Counted from the stretch's first letter, positions 14,486-26,804 are shown. The stretch: 64,000 nucleotides of DNA from Octopus sinensis (GCF_006345805.1 NC_043003.1:35774001-35838000); one strand, 5' to 3'. Numbers and translations are program-made. Notes: generated by a model not told the origin, from the sequence alone.

Positions 14486-14761
14486 TAGGGCACTAAAACA
14501 AATTTTTAAGAAATCAGTTTATTTTTTTTCTATTCCTTTTCTTTGGCCCGTTATTTTTCACCGTTGTTTCTGATTTTTTTATATAATGTAAATGAGATCC
14601 TGCAACTACACTGATTTAAATCTATGTATAAATGCAAGATAATTCATGACCGTTCAGAAAAAAATCTTGCATACGTAATTCTGATGAGGCTTATTTGGGA
14701 CGGATCATTTCAGTGGCATCTGAAGAGTAATCAAATTTGGCCTATACAAATGCATAATATT

Positions 14762-15551
14762 ATTTCTACTCTAGGCACAAGGACTAGTGTTTATCTGGTG
14801 CTTATTTCATCGAACCCTGAAAGGATGAAAGCAAAGTCGACCTCAGCGGAATTTGAACTCAAAACGTAGCGACTGGCGAAATACCCCTAAGCATTCCGAC
14901 CAGCATGCTAACGTTTCCGCCAGCTCACCGCCTAACAAATACATAATATTCTTTTCTACTCTAGGCATAAGGGGAGGGAGCCAGTCGATTAGATCGACTC
15001 CATTACACAACTGGTACTTAATTTATCGACCCCAAAAGGATAAAAAGCAAAGTCGACCTCGACGGAATTTGAATTCAGAACGTAAAGACAGACGAAATAC
15101 TGCTAAGTATATCGCCCGGCGTGCTAACGTTTCTGCCAGATCGCCGCCTTTACAAATGCATAATATTCTTTTCTACTCTAGGCACAAGGCCCGAAATTTT
15201 TGGGGAAGGAGGCTATTCGATTAGATCGACCTCAGTACGCAACTGGTACTTAATTTATCGACCCCCAAAGGATGAAAGGTAAAGTCGACCTCGGCAGAAT
15301 TTGAACTCAGAACATAAAGAAAGACGAAATCCCTATTTCATTACTGCCCACAAGGGGCTACATACAGAGGGATCAAACAAGGTGAGACAAACGGATTAAG
15401 TCGATTATATCGACCCCAGTGCGTAACTGGTACTTATTTAATCGACCCCGAAAGGATGAAAGGCGGAATTTGAACTCAGAACGTAAAGACAGACGAAATA
15501 CCGCTATGCGTTCCGGCCGGCGTGCTAACGTTTCTCCCAGCTCGCTGCCTT
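14762..15551 (-). mobile_element. Tandem array of SINE family A units (three units, the last a dimer)
   Basis: Four central domains; units separated by the 17-mer tacaaatgcataatatt at 14745, 14934 (variant), 15151 and 15552. Confidence 0.85.
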
Positions 15552-15602
15552 TACAAATGCATAATATTGCAAGATTGATGACATAGAGTAATTATTCCAT
15601 TA

Positions 15603-15750
<148 letters not shown>

Positions 15751-16317
15751 AATGATTGGAGAGGGTGCGCCAGCCAGACGTTTATTAAATCCTCTCTTTG
15801 TAAGGCTACTACAATCGCTATTTCAAGTGACTTTCATGTAGAAGTATTAAATATACCTCTGAAAACTGTTAAGCAGTGTTTTTTTCTTTTACATTGAAAT
15901 CATGCCAAAAAAAAAATACCGAAAGCAACTACGTATTTGAGCTCAGGAAATCCACGAGCTGTGAAAAACCTGTATGTTTGCGTGCATATTTAGAATACCA
16001 AGTAAACTGTAGGGGTCGCTATATCGGCAGTACAATCCTGTTGCTCCACACTCAGATTAAGTAACAGCTATACACACAAGCATTCTTGGTTAGGATACAC
16101 TTCAACCAAATTCTGCGCTAATGAAGAAGAAATAGCACTGCAATATTGGCAACTTGAGTTCAAGGATGTTTTTAATATCAAACGACATAAATCAGAATTT
16201 GAGAAATCTAAATGGCACGAACGAGAATTTTTAACGGCCTAATTTCTCCTGCCTTTCAACAACTCATCTCTTCTCATTTTTCTCATTCATTTCTCACACA
16301 CATTCACCATATAATTG

Positions 16318-16518
16318 GTTCAAAATTTTGGTAAAAAGCCGTCAATCTCGAGGGTGGAGTAAAGTCGATTACATCGACCCCATTCCTCAAATGGTACCGG
16401 CCGCGAAATGTTGTAAAGCAAAGTCGACTCCTCTGGATATTTGAATTCATAACGTAAAATCGGAAGAAATACCACTAAGCACTATGCCCGGTGCTATAAA
16501 GTTTTTGCCAGCTCGCAA
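16318..16518 (-). mobile_element. SINE family A, diverged copy
   Basis: gtcgattacatcgacccc...gcaaagtcgac...atttgaattc...tgccagctcgc. Confidence 0.75.
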
Positions 16519-18298
16519 TCTTCATTCGCCATTTCCTTGCAGCATATTTTACTCCACGTAAAAGCTTAGCACAACCTACCCAGTTGAAACAAAATCAGTT
16601 CCCAAAATAGCTAATTTTATCCAGCCCTGTCCGATGAAATTTCCTACTAGGCCCTCACACTCCATGTTATCATGCCATGGCATTTTTCACTGGTGCTGTT
16701 ACCATACCACACTACTTTCCATAGCTAATATTATCTTAACCAGCAACAATTATAAATAAAATATTCAGTCAATGCTTTTCGCCACAACTCGCTGACATGG
16801 CTTGCCAGTGACCACACATTTTTCCACATTAGCATACATACTATAAAGCTTGAATCATGTTCAAAATATTTAATACTGCATACGAGAACACTGATACTGC
16901 AACGTACGGAGACATCGTGTATTACATCTAGAAAAGCGACATCAGAGTGACTGACATTAAATTCCTATCGAATATGTTCCAGTCCGTAGCCTTCTCTTCA
17001 CTCTGTCTTTTCTATCGTTTCTTTAAAATGGTTATAATTTTCTCGAAATATTATAAAATCATTAAACAACCTGAATAAGATCACAAAATGTTTTTTTTTT
17101 TAAATTTGTTTCTATTGATTGACATCACCTGATATGATTGCTTAATTACTCCTTTGCATTGCTCAAGGATTTTTAAACATATCATTTATGCATATTACTA
17201 TGCTCAAAACTAATTACAACACTCCTTTATGCTTTCAATCTGCTAAGTTCAACACCTGCAGAAAGACATAAGCAAGATTCTAGAGCGACGTGTTCTGGAA
17301 GGTAAGGACTACAAATTAAGATTAGTATGGGATGTAGTAGCTGATACAAGAAGAGTAGAAAGAACAGAGGAACGAGTAAATCGAAAGTTCCTGGTATAGG
17401 ACGTACAGGACCAGCCAAATCTATACTGGAAGAGCAGTAAGAATGACTGAAAGATAGACAGGAGATAATAGCAAACCTGCTGGTTAGGATGCTCGAACAT
17501 ACCGTTAGGGATATAACGCCTGTCCGTCGGTTGGCCCATCTCTAGATGTTGTCCTTGATGATTACGTATGTTTCAGCAACACTTTCCCTGCTGTGAGAGT
17601 ATACACAATATCTAACCACATTTAAGCATTTATAAATTGTCTATGATTTGGGGCGTAATATGTAAAAGTTCTGTCACTCAAAAGACGAGCCACACTTTGG
17701 ACTGCTGCCCGAACTATAGAGAGGAAAAGGTTTAATCAGCAGAGAACTTCAGCATTAGATCGACGCAAGATTTGTAGTGAAATTGATGGCTCTAGCTGAA
17801 TGGTGTTCATGTTTGGGTGTGTGTGAAGCGGTTGTGCTTCCCTGATATGAATCGTGCCTACTTTATCTTATCGTTTTTCACGCAGTTAAACGTAGCTACG
17901 CCTCGTAGAATTAGCTAGTTGTATATACACATGGAAACAAAATAGATACGCACTCTAAAGGGTATATTATAATTAGGGTTACCGGGGCATTTTACAATGA
18001 ACTTCATGTACATTTATCACAAATATTCAGAAAAGTTGGTAAAAGTTAGGAATTATTGGGGAGTACGACGTTATGTCTGCACCTTATTATCTTCCTTCAT
18101 AATAGGCACAAAGACAGTTTCATTGACATATGCAAATATTAACACACAAACATGTGAACACGCACGCACACATCACACACACACACAAGCACACAAAACA
18201 CGCATGTATGTATTTTCGTATGTGCGTGTGTACAAAAATTTACAGGGAAAGATATTAGAAGACAGAGGGAAAGCGTGAGAGAGGATATATATATATAT

Positions 18299-18333
<35 letters not shown>

Positions 18334-18336
18334 ATG

Positions 18337-18368
<32 letters not shown>

Positions 18369-18474
18369 ATATATATATATATTATATATATATATAATAT
18401 ATATATATATATGTATACATATATGATATATACAGTATGCATTTCAAAAAAAAAAAATTGTTACACAAGAGTAA

Positions 18475-18970
18475 ACATATATTTACAGAAGGCTGAGAAT
18501 TGATTTGAAAACATGAGAAAATAAAATCGATTTTCAAACAATAGAATAAAAGATAAAACGGCAGTTGATCCCTATAAAACTGACGTGGATTTCAAATATC
18601 GCTGATTCCATTAAATTTTCTGTGAGAGTGCTGTGAGCAAGTGTGCATACAGCCACATAAACACACACACACCACACACACTTATATATGCATATATTTA
18701 TATATACATACATATATATATATATATGTATATATATGTGTGTGTAGAAAATATATATATATATATATACATACACACACATATACACATACTCACACAT
18801 GCGCGCTCTCACAAACGCATGCACAAAATTTAATGGAATCAGCGATATTTGAAAATCTACTGTAGTTTTATAGGGATCAATTGCAGTTGTATCCTTTACT
18901 CTATTGTCTGAAAATCAATTTTATTTTCATATGTTTTGAATTCAATTTCTCAGGCTTCCGTAAATATATT
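18475..18970. repeat. Long imperfect inverted repeat (about 148-bp arms) around a CA/TA microsatellite; fold-back/MITE-like
   Basis: 18475-18622 is the reverse complement of 18823-18970 (e.g. gatccctataaaact...aaatatcgctgattccattaaatttt vs aaaatttaatggaatcagcgatattt...agttttatagggatc). Confidence 0.85.
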
Positions 18971-19055
18971 TATGCTCACTTTCGTAATACATGATTTCAA
19001 TCGGCTACATACTCTATATGAACATACTTACATACCTATATATGTGTGTATATGT

Positions 19056-19093
<38 letters not shown>

Positions 19094-19228
19094 TATATAT
19101 ATATATATAATATATATATATATCTATATATATATATATCCAGAGAGAGGGAGAGAGAGACATAAAAGATAAACAGATAGATAGAACGATAGATGTCCCC
19201 CAACTCACTCTCACACTGCTTTGCTTTT

Positions 19229-19260
<32 letters not shown>

Positions 19261-19517
19261 CTTATACGCGTATGGTTATGTATCTGAAGGCGAATATGTT
19301 TATGCGTATAATATGGAGGAAGTTATTGGGATTTATATTGCAAAAACATACACACACATTTATATAAAGCCACGAATTAAATTCGATATATTTCAAATAT
19401 AATATTCAAAATGATATAATATTGAAAATTGCACACGTCAATAACATATGTATCAGTCTATATGAAGTCGTCTCTCTCCTCACCCACTTAATATACATTT
19501 GTGTGTGAGTGTGTGTA

Positions 19518-19548
<31 letters not shown>

Positions 19549-19793
19549 ATTTATACTGAGAGTGAGGGGGAGAGAGAGTTATTCAGACAGACCGACAGAC
19601 AGATAGCTAGATAGATAGATAGATAGATAGATAAATATTATTGTACATGTATATGCTGGCAGTATCACACACCGTCATGCTTAGAAATTACAAGCCACGG
19701 CCTCGTGTAATGAGTAACTAAAAAAAGATAAGGTAAATAAATACATGTAAGTGTAACTTTGATAATTTCAGAAATCTATATGAGTGTATATGC

Positions 19794-19794
<1 letters not shown>

Positions 19795-19879
<85 letters not shown>

Positions 19880-20085
19880 TATATATATATACATACATAC
19901 AACTTTATATAAATAATTTTCATATATATATATACATATGTAGGTATATATATATCCGTATGGATAATTGTACATATACATACATATATATATATATATA
20001 TGAATGTATGTACGTATGTATGTATGTATGTATGTATGTATGTATGTATGTATGTATGTATGTATGTATGTATGTACGTATGTAT
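19795..20085. repeat. (CT)n/(TA)n/(TATG)n compound microsatellite
   Basis: Directly visible. Confidence 0.95.
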
Positions 20086-20449
20086 CAGAAGTATAATAAA
20101 ATAAGTTGGATATCACATTAAAAAGGAATACTTAAAATTATATTAATTATCCATATATGTATATTCAATATTTTGCAGCAAATCATCGCTGGAAAAATCA
20201 TAACCAAATCGCATATAAATATATACGAAAATGCACCAAACAAAATAGAAAGAAACACAACTGCAGCAAGTATAACAATAAAACGATGGGAAAAGTTCAC
20301 TTTGCAAACACAAAACACATAGATATAGCCGCACCAATACCCATTTATACATATATATTTACATTTACGTACATATATATATATGCATATATGTTGATTC
20401 TTAGAGAGACTATGTGAACAACAAAGAGAGGAAACGATAAATATATGTA

Positions 20450-20690
<241 letters not shown>

Positions 20691-21244
20691 TATTTAAACA
20701 TAAATATACGTACAGAGAGTGAGTTTTTCATTAATATTTTACACAAACCAGTGACATCAATCAACAAATTTACAATCAATGCTGAAATTCGATTCCTTAA
20801 AACCTGCTCGTAAACCCGTAAATACTGGCAAAATATTGGTTTTACAGTGGTGTAGCATCATTGCATATATAATCTTAAACAAGTTTTTCCTTTTCCAACA
20901 GCAGTGATGAATTTCAATTATTTCTTGTCTTTTTTTTACGTTTATTCTGTGTTCGATTTGCGTTATAAATTTATATATATTTTATCTTATATTTTGTTTC
21001 TCTTTATATACTCTCTTAATATTTTTCGGTTTTTAATTTTTATCTTTATTTCATTATTCTGTCGTTTTGTATTTTCTTTTTCTTTGTTTTATTATTTTTA
21101 TTTATTATTACTCTTTTAATATATCGTTTTTGATTCATCTCCTTCCTGAAAATTATTGTTAAATCAATCTGAAAAATATTTCTCTGTTCTCAACTACATT
21201 TCGAATTTGAAGTTAGGAAACTTACAATATAGCAATAATAATAA

Positions 21245-21710
21245 TCCTTTCTACTATAGGTATAAGGCTTCAAATTTCTGGGAAGGGAACTAGTCGATTA
21301 AATTAACCCCAGTGTTCCACTGGTACTTAATTTATCGACCCCGAGAAGATGGAAGGCGGAGTCGACCTCGTCAGAATTTGAACTCAGAACGTGAAGTCAG
21401 ATGAAATGCCGCTAAGCATTTCGTTTGGCCTGCTAACGATTCTGCCGGCTCTCCACCTGTATAATGATAATAATAAGGATTTCAAATTTTGCCACAAGGG
21501 ACACCATTTTGGGAAGGAGATGAGTCGATTACATCGACCCAAGTGTTTCACTGGTAGTTATGTTATCGACCCCGAAAGAATGAAAGACAAATTCGACCTC
21601 GCAGGAATTTGAACTCAGAACTTAGAGGCAGACGAAATACCGTTAGCGATGGACGAACTACCGCTAACAATTTCGTCCAGAGCGTCAACAATTCTGCCAT
21701 CTCGCCGCCT
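21245..21710 (-). mobile_element. Two tandem SINE family A copies with different 3' tails
   Basis: Units 21245-21456 and 21478-21710, each with B-box-like gaatttgaactcagaac and the central domain; both end next to ctgtataat(g/a)ataataat. Confidence 0.8.
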
Positions 21711-21967
21711 GTATAATAATAATAATAATGATGATGATAATAATAATAATAATAATAATAATAATATAATAATGATAATAATAATAATAATAATAACAAT
21801 AATAATAATAATGCGATTATGTTCACACGTATGTATTTATATGTAGAGTTGTAGACTTGTCAATGCAGGAATACTTAAATGCACATACATATGTGTACAT
21901 GACAGCATTTGTGTTTATCCATATATTCATATAAATAGAACAAAGTGTACGTATGACGCTGTATGTG

Positions 21968-21998
<31 letters not shown>

Positions 21999-22016
21999 AT
22001 ATATATATATACACTC

Positions 22017-22460
22017 ATATAGAATGGGACAAGAACACAACGCATCCGGACAGCTAGGTGATACAAAAAGGGACAACAAGGCAACCAGATAGACGATACA
22101 AAGAAAGCAAGGACGGGTCATTCGAAGTTCCCCCTCTTCAGTCAAGCACCACATTATCTTCGCAAACTTCGGCTGATTATTATTTAGATTGCTCCAATTT
22201 GGCCAGCTCCAAGGAAAAACTAAGCTAAGAGCATTAGATTCCTTGGAAGAAAGCAGCGAATGTATACAAAAACAAGGACGGAAAAAACGGACAATGTTAC
22301 ACAAATATAAATACAATAAAAAAATACAATAAAAATAATAACAGGACATAACAATAGGTGCCTTTCGACTAAGGACGAATTGAATTAAGCTGGCGCGTGA
22401 TACAAAAATTCCACAAATACAGGGAAGAGTATCGATGTTGTACGGACAAGCGCGTAAATA
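22017..22460 (-). repeat. Interspersed repeat next to a TA microsatellite, with a weak hammerhead-like core
   Basis: Minus strand ctgaaga-gggggaacttc-gaat-gacccgtc (22141 to about 22112); stem II weak and no stem I; family assignment uncertain. Confidence 0.35.
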
Positions 22461-23364
22461 CATGGTTTAAAAACCTTGCATGTATATTAAGACGAAGTTC
22501 ATCCGTGGATTTTGAACCTACATGTGCTATAAACAACTAGTGTTTTACAACTAGTGGGGCCAAACAATTCTTCTAATAAAGTTTCTAAATTGGATTGAGA
22601 AATTCAAAAGCTTGCTTCAGCCCAATGCTATAAAGCGTCTATCATATTTTCGATGGCAATATTACCACTACAAAACTCTCTTAGTCTGTATGTGTTCGTA
22701 TAAATTAAGTATCGTATGTACTCATTATATAATCCTCTGTTGTTCTTTTTTATTTAAATAATTCAAACTACGTGTACAATGTGATTTCCAATGAAAATAA
22801 TTTGTTGGACCGCGGGTAACTAAATCTTCAGTCACTAACAATGTTTCGAGAATTAAAGTCTCTAAAATCATGTTGGAATTCAACAACCAAAGTGAGCAAA
22901 AGCTCTCCTACACAAGTCTGGAACTGAAGACAAAAGCTGCAGAGAGGGACTAAAGAATAGTGAAACATATGGTGTCTATGGCTAAGATGTGTATGAATAA
23001 CTGATGAAACTTGAAATAAAGCTGAATAATAACATACATACTTAACTATATAAGTTGCTACAAACGACCCTGGATGCGAAATTGCACCAGCCTATGACCG
23101 ATCAACATCTCTATGGAAACCTTTTAAAAGTGAACAATAAGAGCCCAATCGAGTGTAAAAGAGACACATGCGCGCACGCACGCACATATACATCTATCTG
23201 CGTGTGTGCTTGCATTACACTTATGATTGTGTATAGCAGAAACTATGATAAACACTAGTTTATATTATCTGATCCCTATGCATGCTTCCCCGTTGCAACT
23301 GGATGCTTAACTAAAACGGATCATCAGAAAAAAACTTTAAGGCATAATAATAATAATAATAATA

Positions 23365-23403
<39 letters not shown>

Positions 23404-23410
23404 TAATAAT

Positions 23411-23650
23411 AATAGGTGCATTAGGCATAATGAAAAAATATTCAGACAAATACATAACAAAAATACAAGGACTTACAAACACATATAATATACAGAAAAT
23501 TGCTTTACTAGGCACTGCACACATCCTACGCAGAACACTTTCATTACAGTAACCATCAGAGCATCACACCAAATCACAGCACATACCCAAGGCACACAGA
23601 GCTGCGCTCGGTAGTGAAGTGAAAGCACGCTATAAAAATAAAACTACTGA

Positions 23651-23651
<1 letters not shown>
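23411..23651 (+). mobile_element. R4/Dong-like non-LTR retrotransposon, extreme 3' fragment (subfamily A)
   Basis: Reads IGALGIMKKYSDKYITKIQGLTNTYNIQKIALLGTAHILRRTLSLQ* plus 3'UTR; nearly identical to 52760-53002; (TAA)n on both sides. Confidence 0.85.
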
Positions 23652-23697
<46 letters not shown>

Positions 23698-23699
23698 CC

Positions 23700-24452
23700 C
23701 GAACCTGATACAGCAAGTAGTAAGTCGCTCTCCGTTCTCAATCATGCGCAGCTAGGTAGCAGTGTTATGATTTGTCCACTCTTTAATGTTGTGAAAGCAA
23801 GATTTTCTGTCTATCGCTCTTTCGTCCTCCCTCAAATGTGTCCTGAAAAGTGATTTTGGACAGGGAGTTGACATGGCCGTACCAGACAAGCTTCCGTATT
23901 TATACCGGCGCAAAGAGTGTTTACTGTCTGCTAGTGTATTTGTGGTTTTGCTGCCTGAGAAAGCTGTTCGTTTTATTGTCTGCGTGCAGAATGTGTAGCA
24001 TCCTTCTGAAGTACTTGTTTCAAATGCCTGGATTTTTCTCACAAAAGGATCAAACTCACTAGGGAATTATTTACTCTGAATCTCTCGTGGAAATCTCATG
24101 GAATTGCTTTTCCATATTGTGTTAATCTTCGCTATGGCAGCAGAAAATAAACTGAGACTTGTGTTAATTCTTGATAGGACCAGCTGTCCTTGGTCAAAGT
24201 GGATCCTAAGTACTTGAAGATGTCTACTTTGTCAAGACTTTTTCCCTTCAGCATAATGTTGTTTGTGTGTTTCGGTGGTTAATTTTAAACAGGAGCTTAC
24301 TCTTTTATGGGCTGATCTGCATCCCATATGCTCCAGTTACTTTTTCCAGCCAGGTGATGAGCTTCTGTAGTTCATCTTCCTTGTGTCCTAACAGGTCAAT
24401 ATTATCAGCCACGTGCAATAAATAATAATAATGATAATAATAATAATAATAA

Positions 24453-24493
<41 letters not shown>

Positions 24494-24521
24494 TAGTAGT
24501 AGTAGTAGTAGTAGTAGTAGT

Positions 24522-24562
<41 letters not shown>

Positions 24563-24900
24563 ATAATAATAATTACTATTAAGGTGGAAGGTTGAACTGG
24601 GTCGTTCTCCAATGAAAGGTGAAGGTTTGGAGTGTCTCTTACATGGTGTTCTCCACGAATTTGTTGAAAAGCACTAGAAGGAGGAGATCCTTGTAGAACA
24701 CACTCCGTTGCCATGGAGAAATCTTAGCCGTATTTGTTCAGAAGAACTGCACTACCTGAGTTTTTATACAGTACGTGGATTACTTTGATTACTTGATTGT
24801 TGTCGAAGTTGTAATTCTTCATCATCTGCCTTACTCTATTGTGTCAAGCACAGTCAAAAGTATTTTTGAAGATGAATGATGCAAGTTACCAAGACAGGCA
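23700..24900 (-). mobile_element. Degenerate RTE-clade LINE (RT to C-terminus), interrupted by a microsatellite
   Basis: Broken frames give LYKNSGSAVLLN, VLFNKFVENTM, ADNIDLLGHKEDELQ, FKYLGSTLTKD, RKIQAFET and NIKEWT; (AAT)/(AGT)n at 24420-24580 lies between the QG and ADD motifs. Confidence 0.75.
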
Positions 24901-26049
24901 AATTAAGATGCTGCTAGAGTTATAGAACAATTAGTCTAATTAGTCCCCTCCCCCAGGAGAGTATTTCTAAGAGTCCTGTAAATCAGCATTAAGGGAGAGG
25001 CATGAGAAATTCTTGCAGAAGAAAAGGCAGGTTTTAACCCCAAAACGAGTATCTGAAGTACGTATTTAACATTAGCCTGCTTAACGATACAATATATTAC
25101 ATAGAATATATGATATCTGCACACACGCAGATGTATGTATATGTGTTTGCATGTGTTTATATGTGAGTGGAGGGTTGAACAGAAGTTAGACGAAAGCACA
25201 GCAAACGGGAAACTAGAAGAAAACTTAACAAATGGGAAATTAGACAAAGACACGATACACGGAATATTCGCAGCTAAGTTTTCCTCATGAGTCAATGATG
25301 CAAAATATCATGGCAGTTTCACGACAGTTACCATCGATACTGCTCATTTTTGCTGGCGCCAGAGTTTTTATTAAGCTACTGAGGAAAGCTAGCGAATGTA
25401 TACTAAGACAGAAACAAACAAGACATTGCATAACTATAACAGCACGAAGCCTTGCGGATACATGCAACGGAAGAAGAAATTAATAGTTATACATATACCA
25501 CCACAAATACAACAGAAAGAGCTTTGCAGCTATCGGACGAACTTAGTGGAGTTGCGCAAAGAGTAAATGGAGAAAGTCTTGGAGGACAAAGCGGGACGCT
25601 TATATGTGTGTGTATATATATATATAAATTATTGAAATGGATAAATGAATTAACTTGTTACGGATTATTCAAATGATAACGATACCTTTTTTTCAGCTGC
25701 TATATCATTAATAGCTGCTATATCTCTCTCCCTTGCAGCCTTCTAAACACACTGCCACACATACATAGGCGCACACACACATACATGTAGGCATTTTCTC
25801 ACACCCAAACACTATAGCACTCATTCTTAAAACAATTCGAATATTAACACCAGTCATACAGAATACATTCACACTCTTTGATTTTCCTGTAACCCTCCCC
25901 CCTGTTGGCCGGATTTTGACCTTGAAGTATCTCAACAGACTTTTTCGTCGGCTTTCACCCAGCCTGGCGTCAACGCATATTGAGAGACCGTTTTGTGCCA
26001 TTTATCCCATGGGCTCCTCGCGAGCGTTTGTCGAAAAGCTTGCTGTGCA

Positions 26050-26167
26050 TTTTGTTGGAGAATTAAGTCCCTGGATTTTCCTGAAGAGAAGGCTGCAAAA
26101 TGGTCTCCTTATTCAATCCGAATTAGGGACTTTGCAGCCTTTGAAACATATGTAGAAAATAACAAAA
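26050..26167 (+). ncRNA. Extended type I hammerhead ribozyme, apparently intact
   Basis: Stem I attttc (26075-80)/gaaaat (26155-60); core CUGAAGA 26081-87; stem II gaaggctgcaaa (26088-99)/tttgcagccttt (26131-42); GAAA 26143-46; palindromic stem III acatatgt; GUA triplet 26152-54; stem Ib ttttgtt (26050-56)/aacaaaa (26161-67); loop II complementary to the stem I bulge. Confidence 0.8.
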
Positions 26168-26502
26168 AGGAATTTTGTTAAATCTTCGTTCAGCTCCATT
26201 TCTTCCTACACTAAATATATATATATATATATGTATGTATGTACGAAAACTTTTCAATCTACGGAGAAATAGCTCATTTAGCCTTGTTTATATATCTTCT
26301 ACATTGGTTACATATATTATATCATGCATTGATAAATAAACGGTTAATATCTTCGCTATGCAAATTAGTAGACCCTGTTCTCTATACCTTCTGGAACTAA
26401 TGAGTATGTAAATAGATTTGCTGCTTTTTTCTATAGGATTGGTCAAAATAATATTCGCACTTCTGATGAGAAGCTAGCATCTGGTATTTAATAAATAGTT
26501 AC

Positions 26503-26555
<53 letters not shown>

Positions 26556-26562
26556 TATATAT

Positions 26563-26773
26563 ACTCTTACTCTCTTTTACTTGTTTCAGTCATTTGACTG
26601 CGGCCATGCTGGAGCGCCGCCTTTATTCGAGCACATCAACCCCATGACTTATTTTTTGTAAGCCTAGTACTTATTCTATTGGCTCTTTTGCTGAACCGCT
26701 AAGTTACGGAGACGTAAACACATCAGGATCGATTGTCAAACGACGTTAGGAGGACACATACACACCACACACA

Positions 26774-26804
<31 letters not shown>

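Noticed and set aside
14745-15568. CRISPR-like periodicity
   Set aside because: The long units are homologous SINE copies, not unique spacers; eukaryotic context; no cas genes.
23275-23330. Minus-strand CUGAUGA-uccguu...aacggg-GAAG-caugca hammerhead-like motif
   Set aside because: A15.1/U16.1 replaced by G/C and no stem I can form.
26012-26025. UCCUCGC, the HDV-like ribozyme L3 motif, upstream of the hammerhead
   Set aside because: P3 pairs only one base in HDV register; no P1, P1.1 GG, P4 or J4/2 found.
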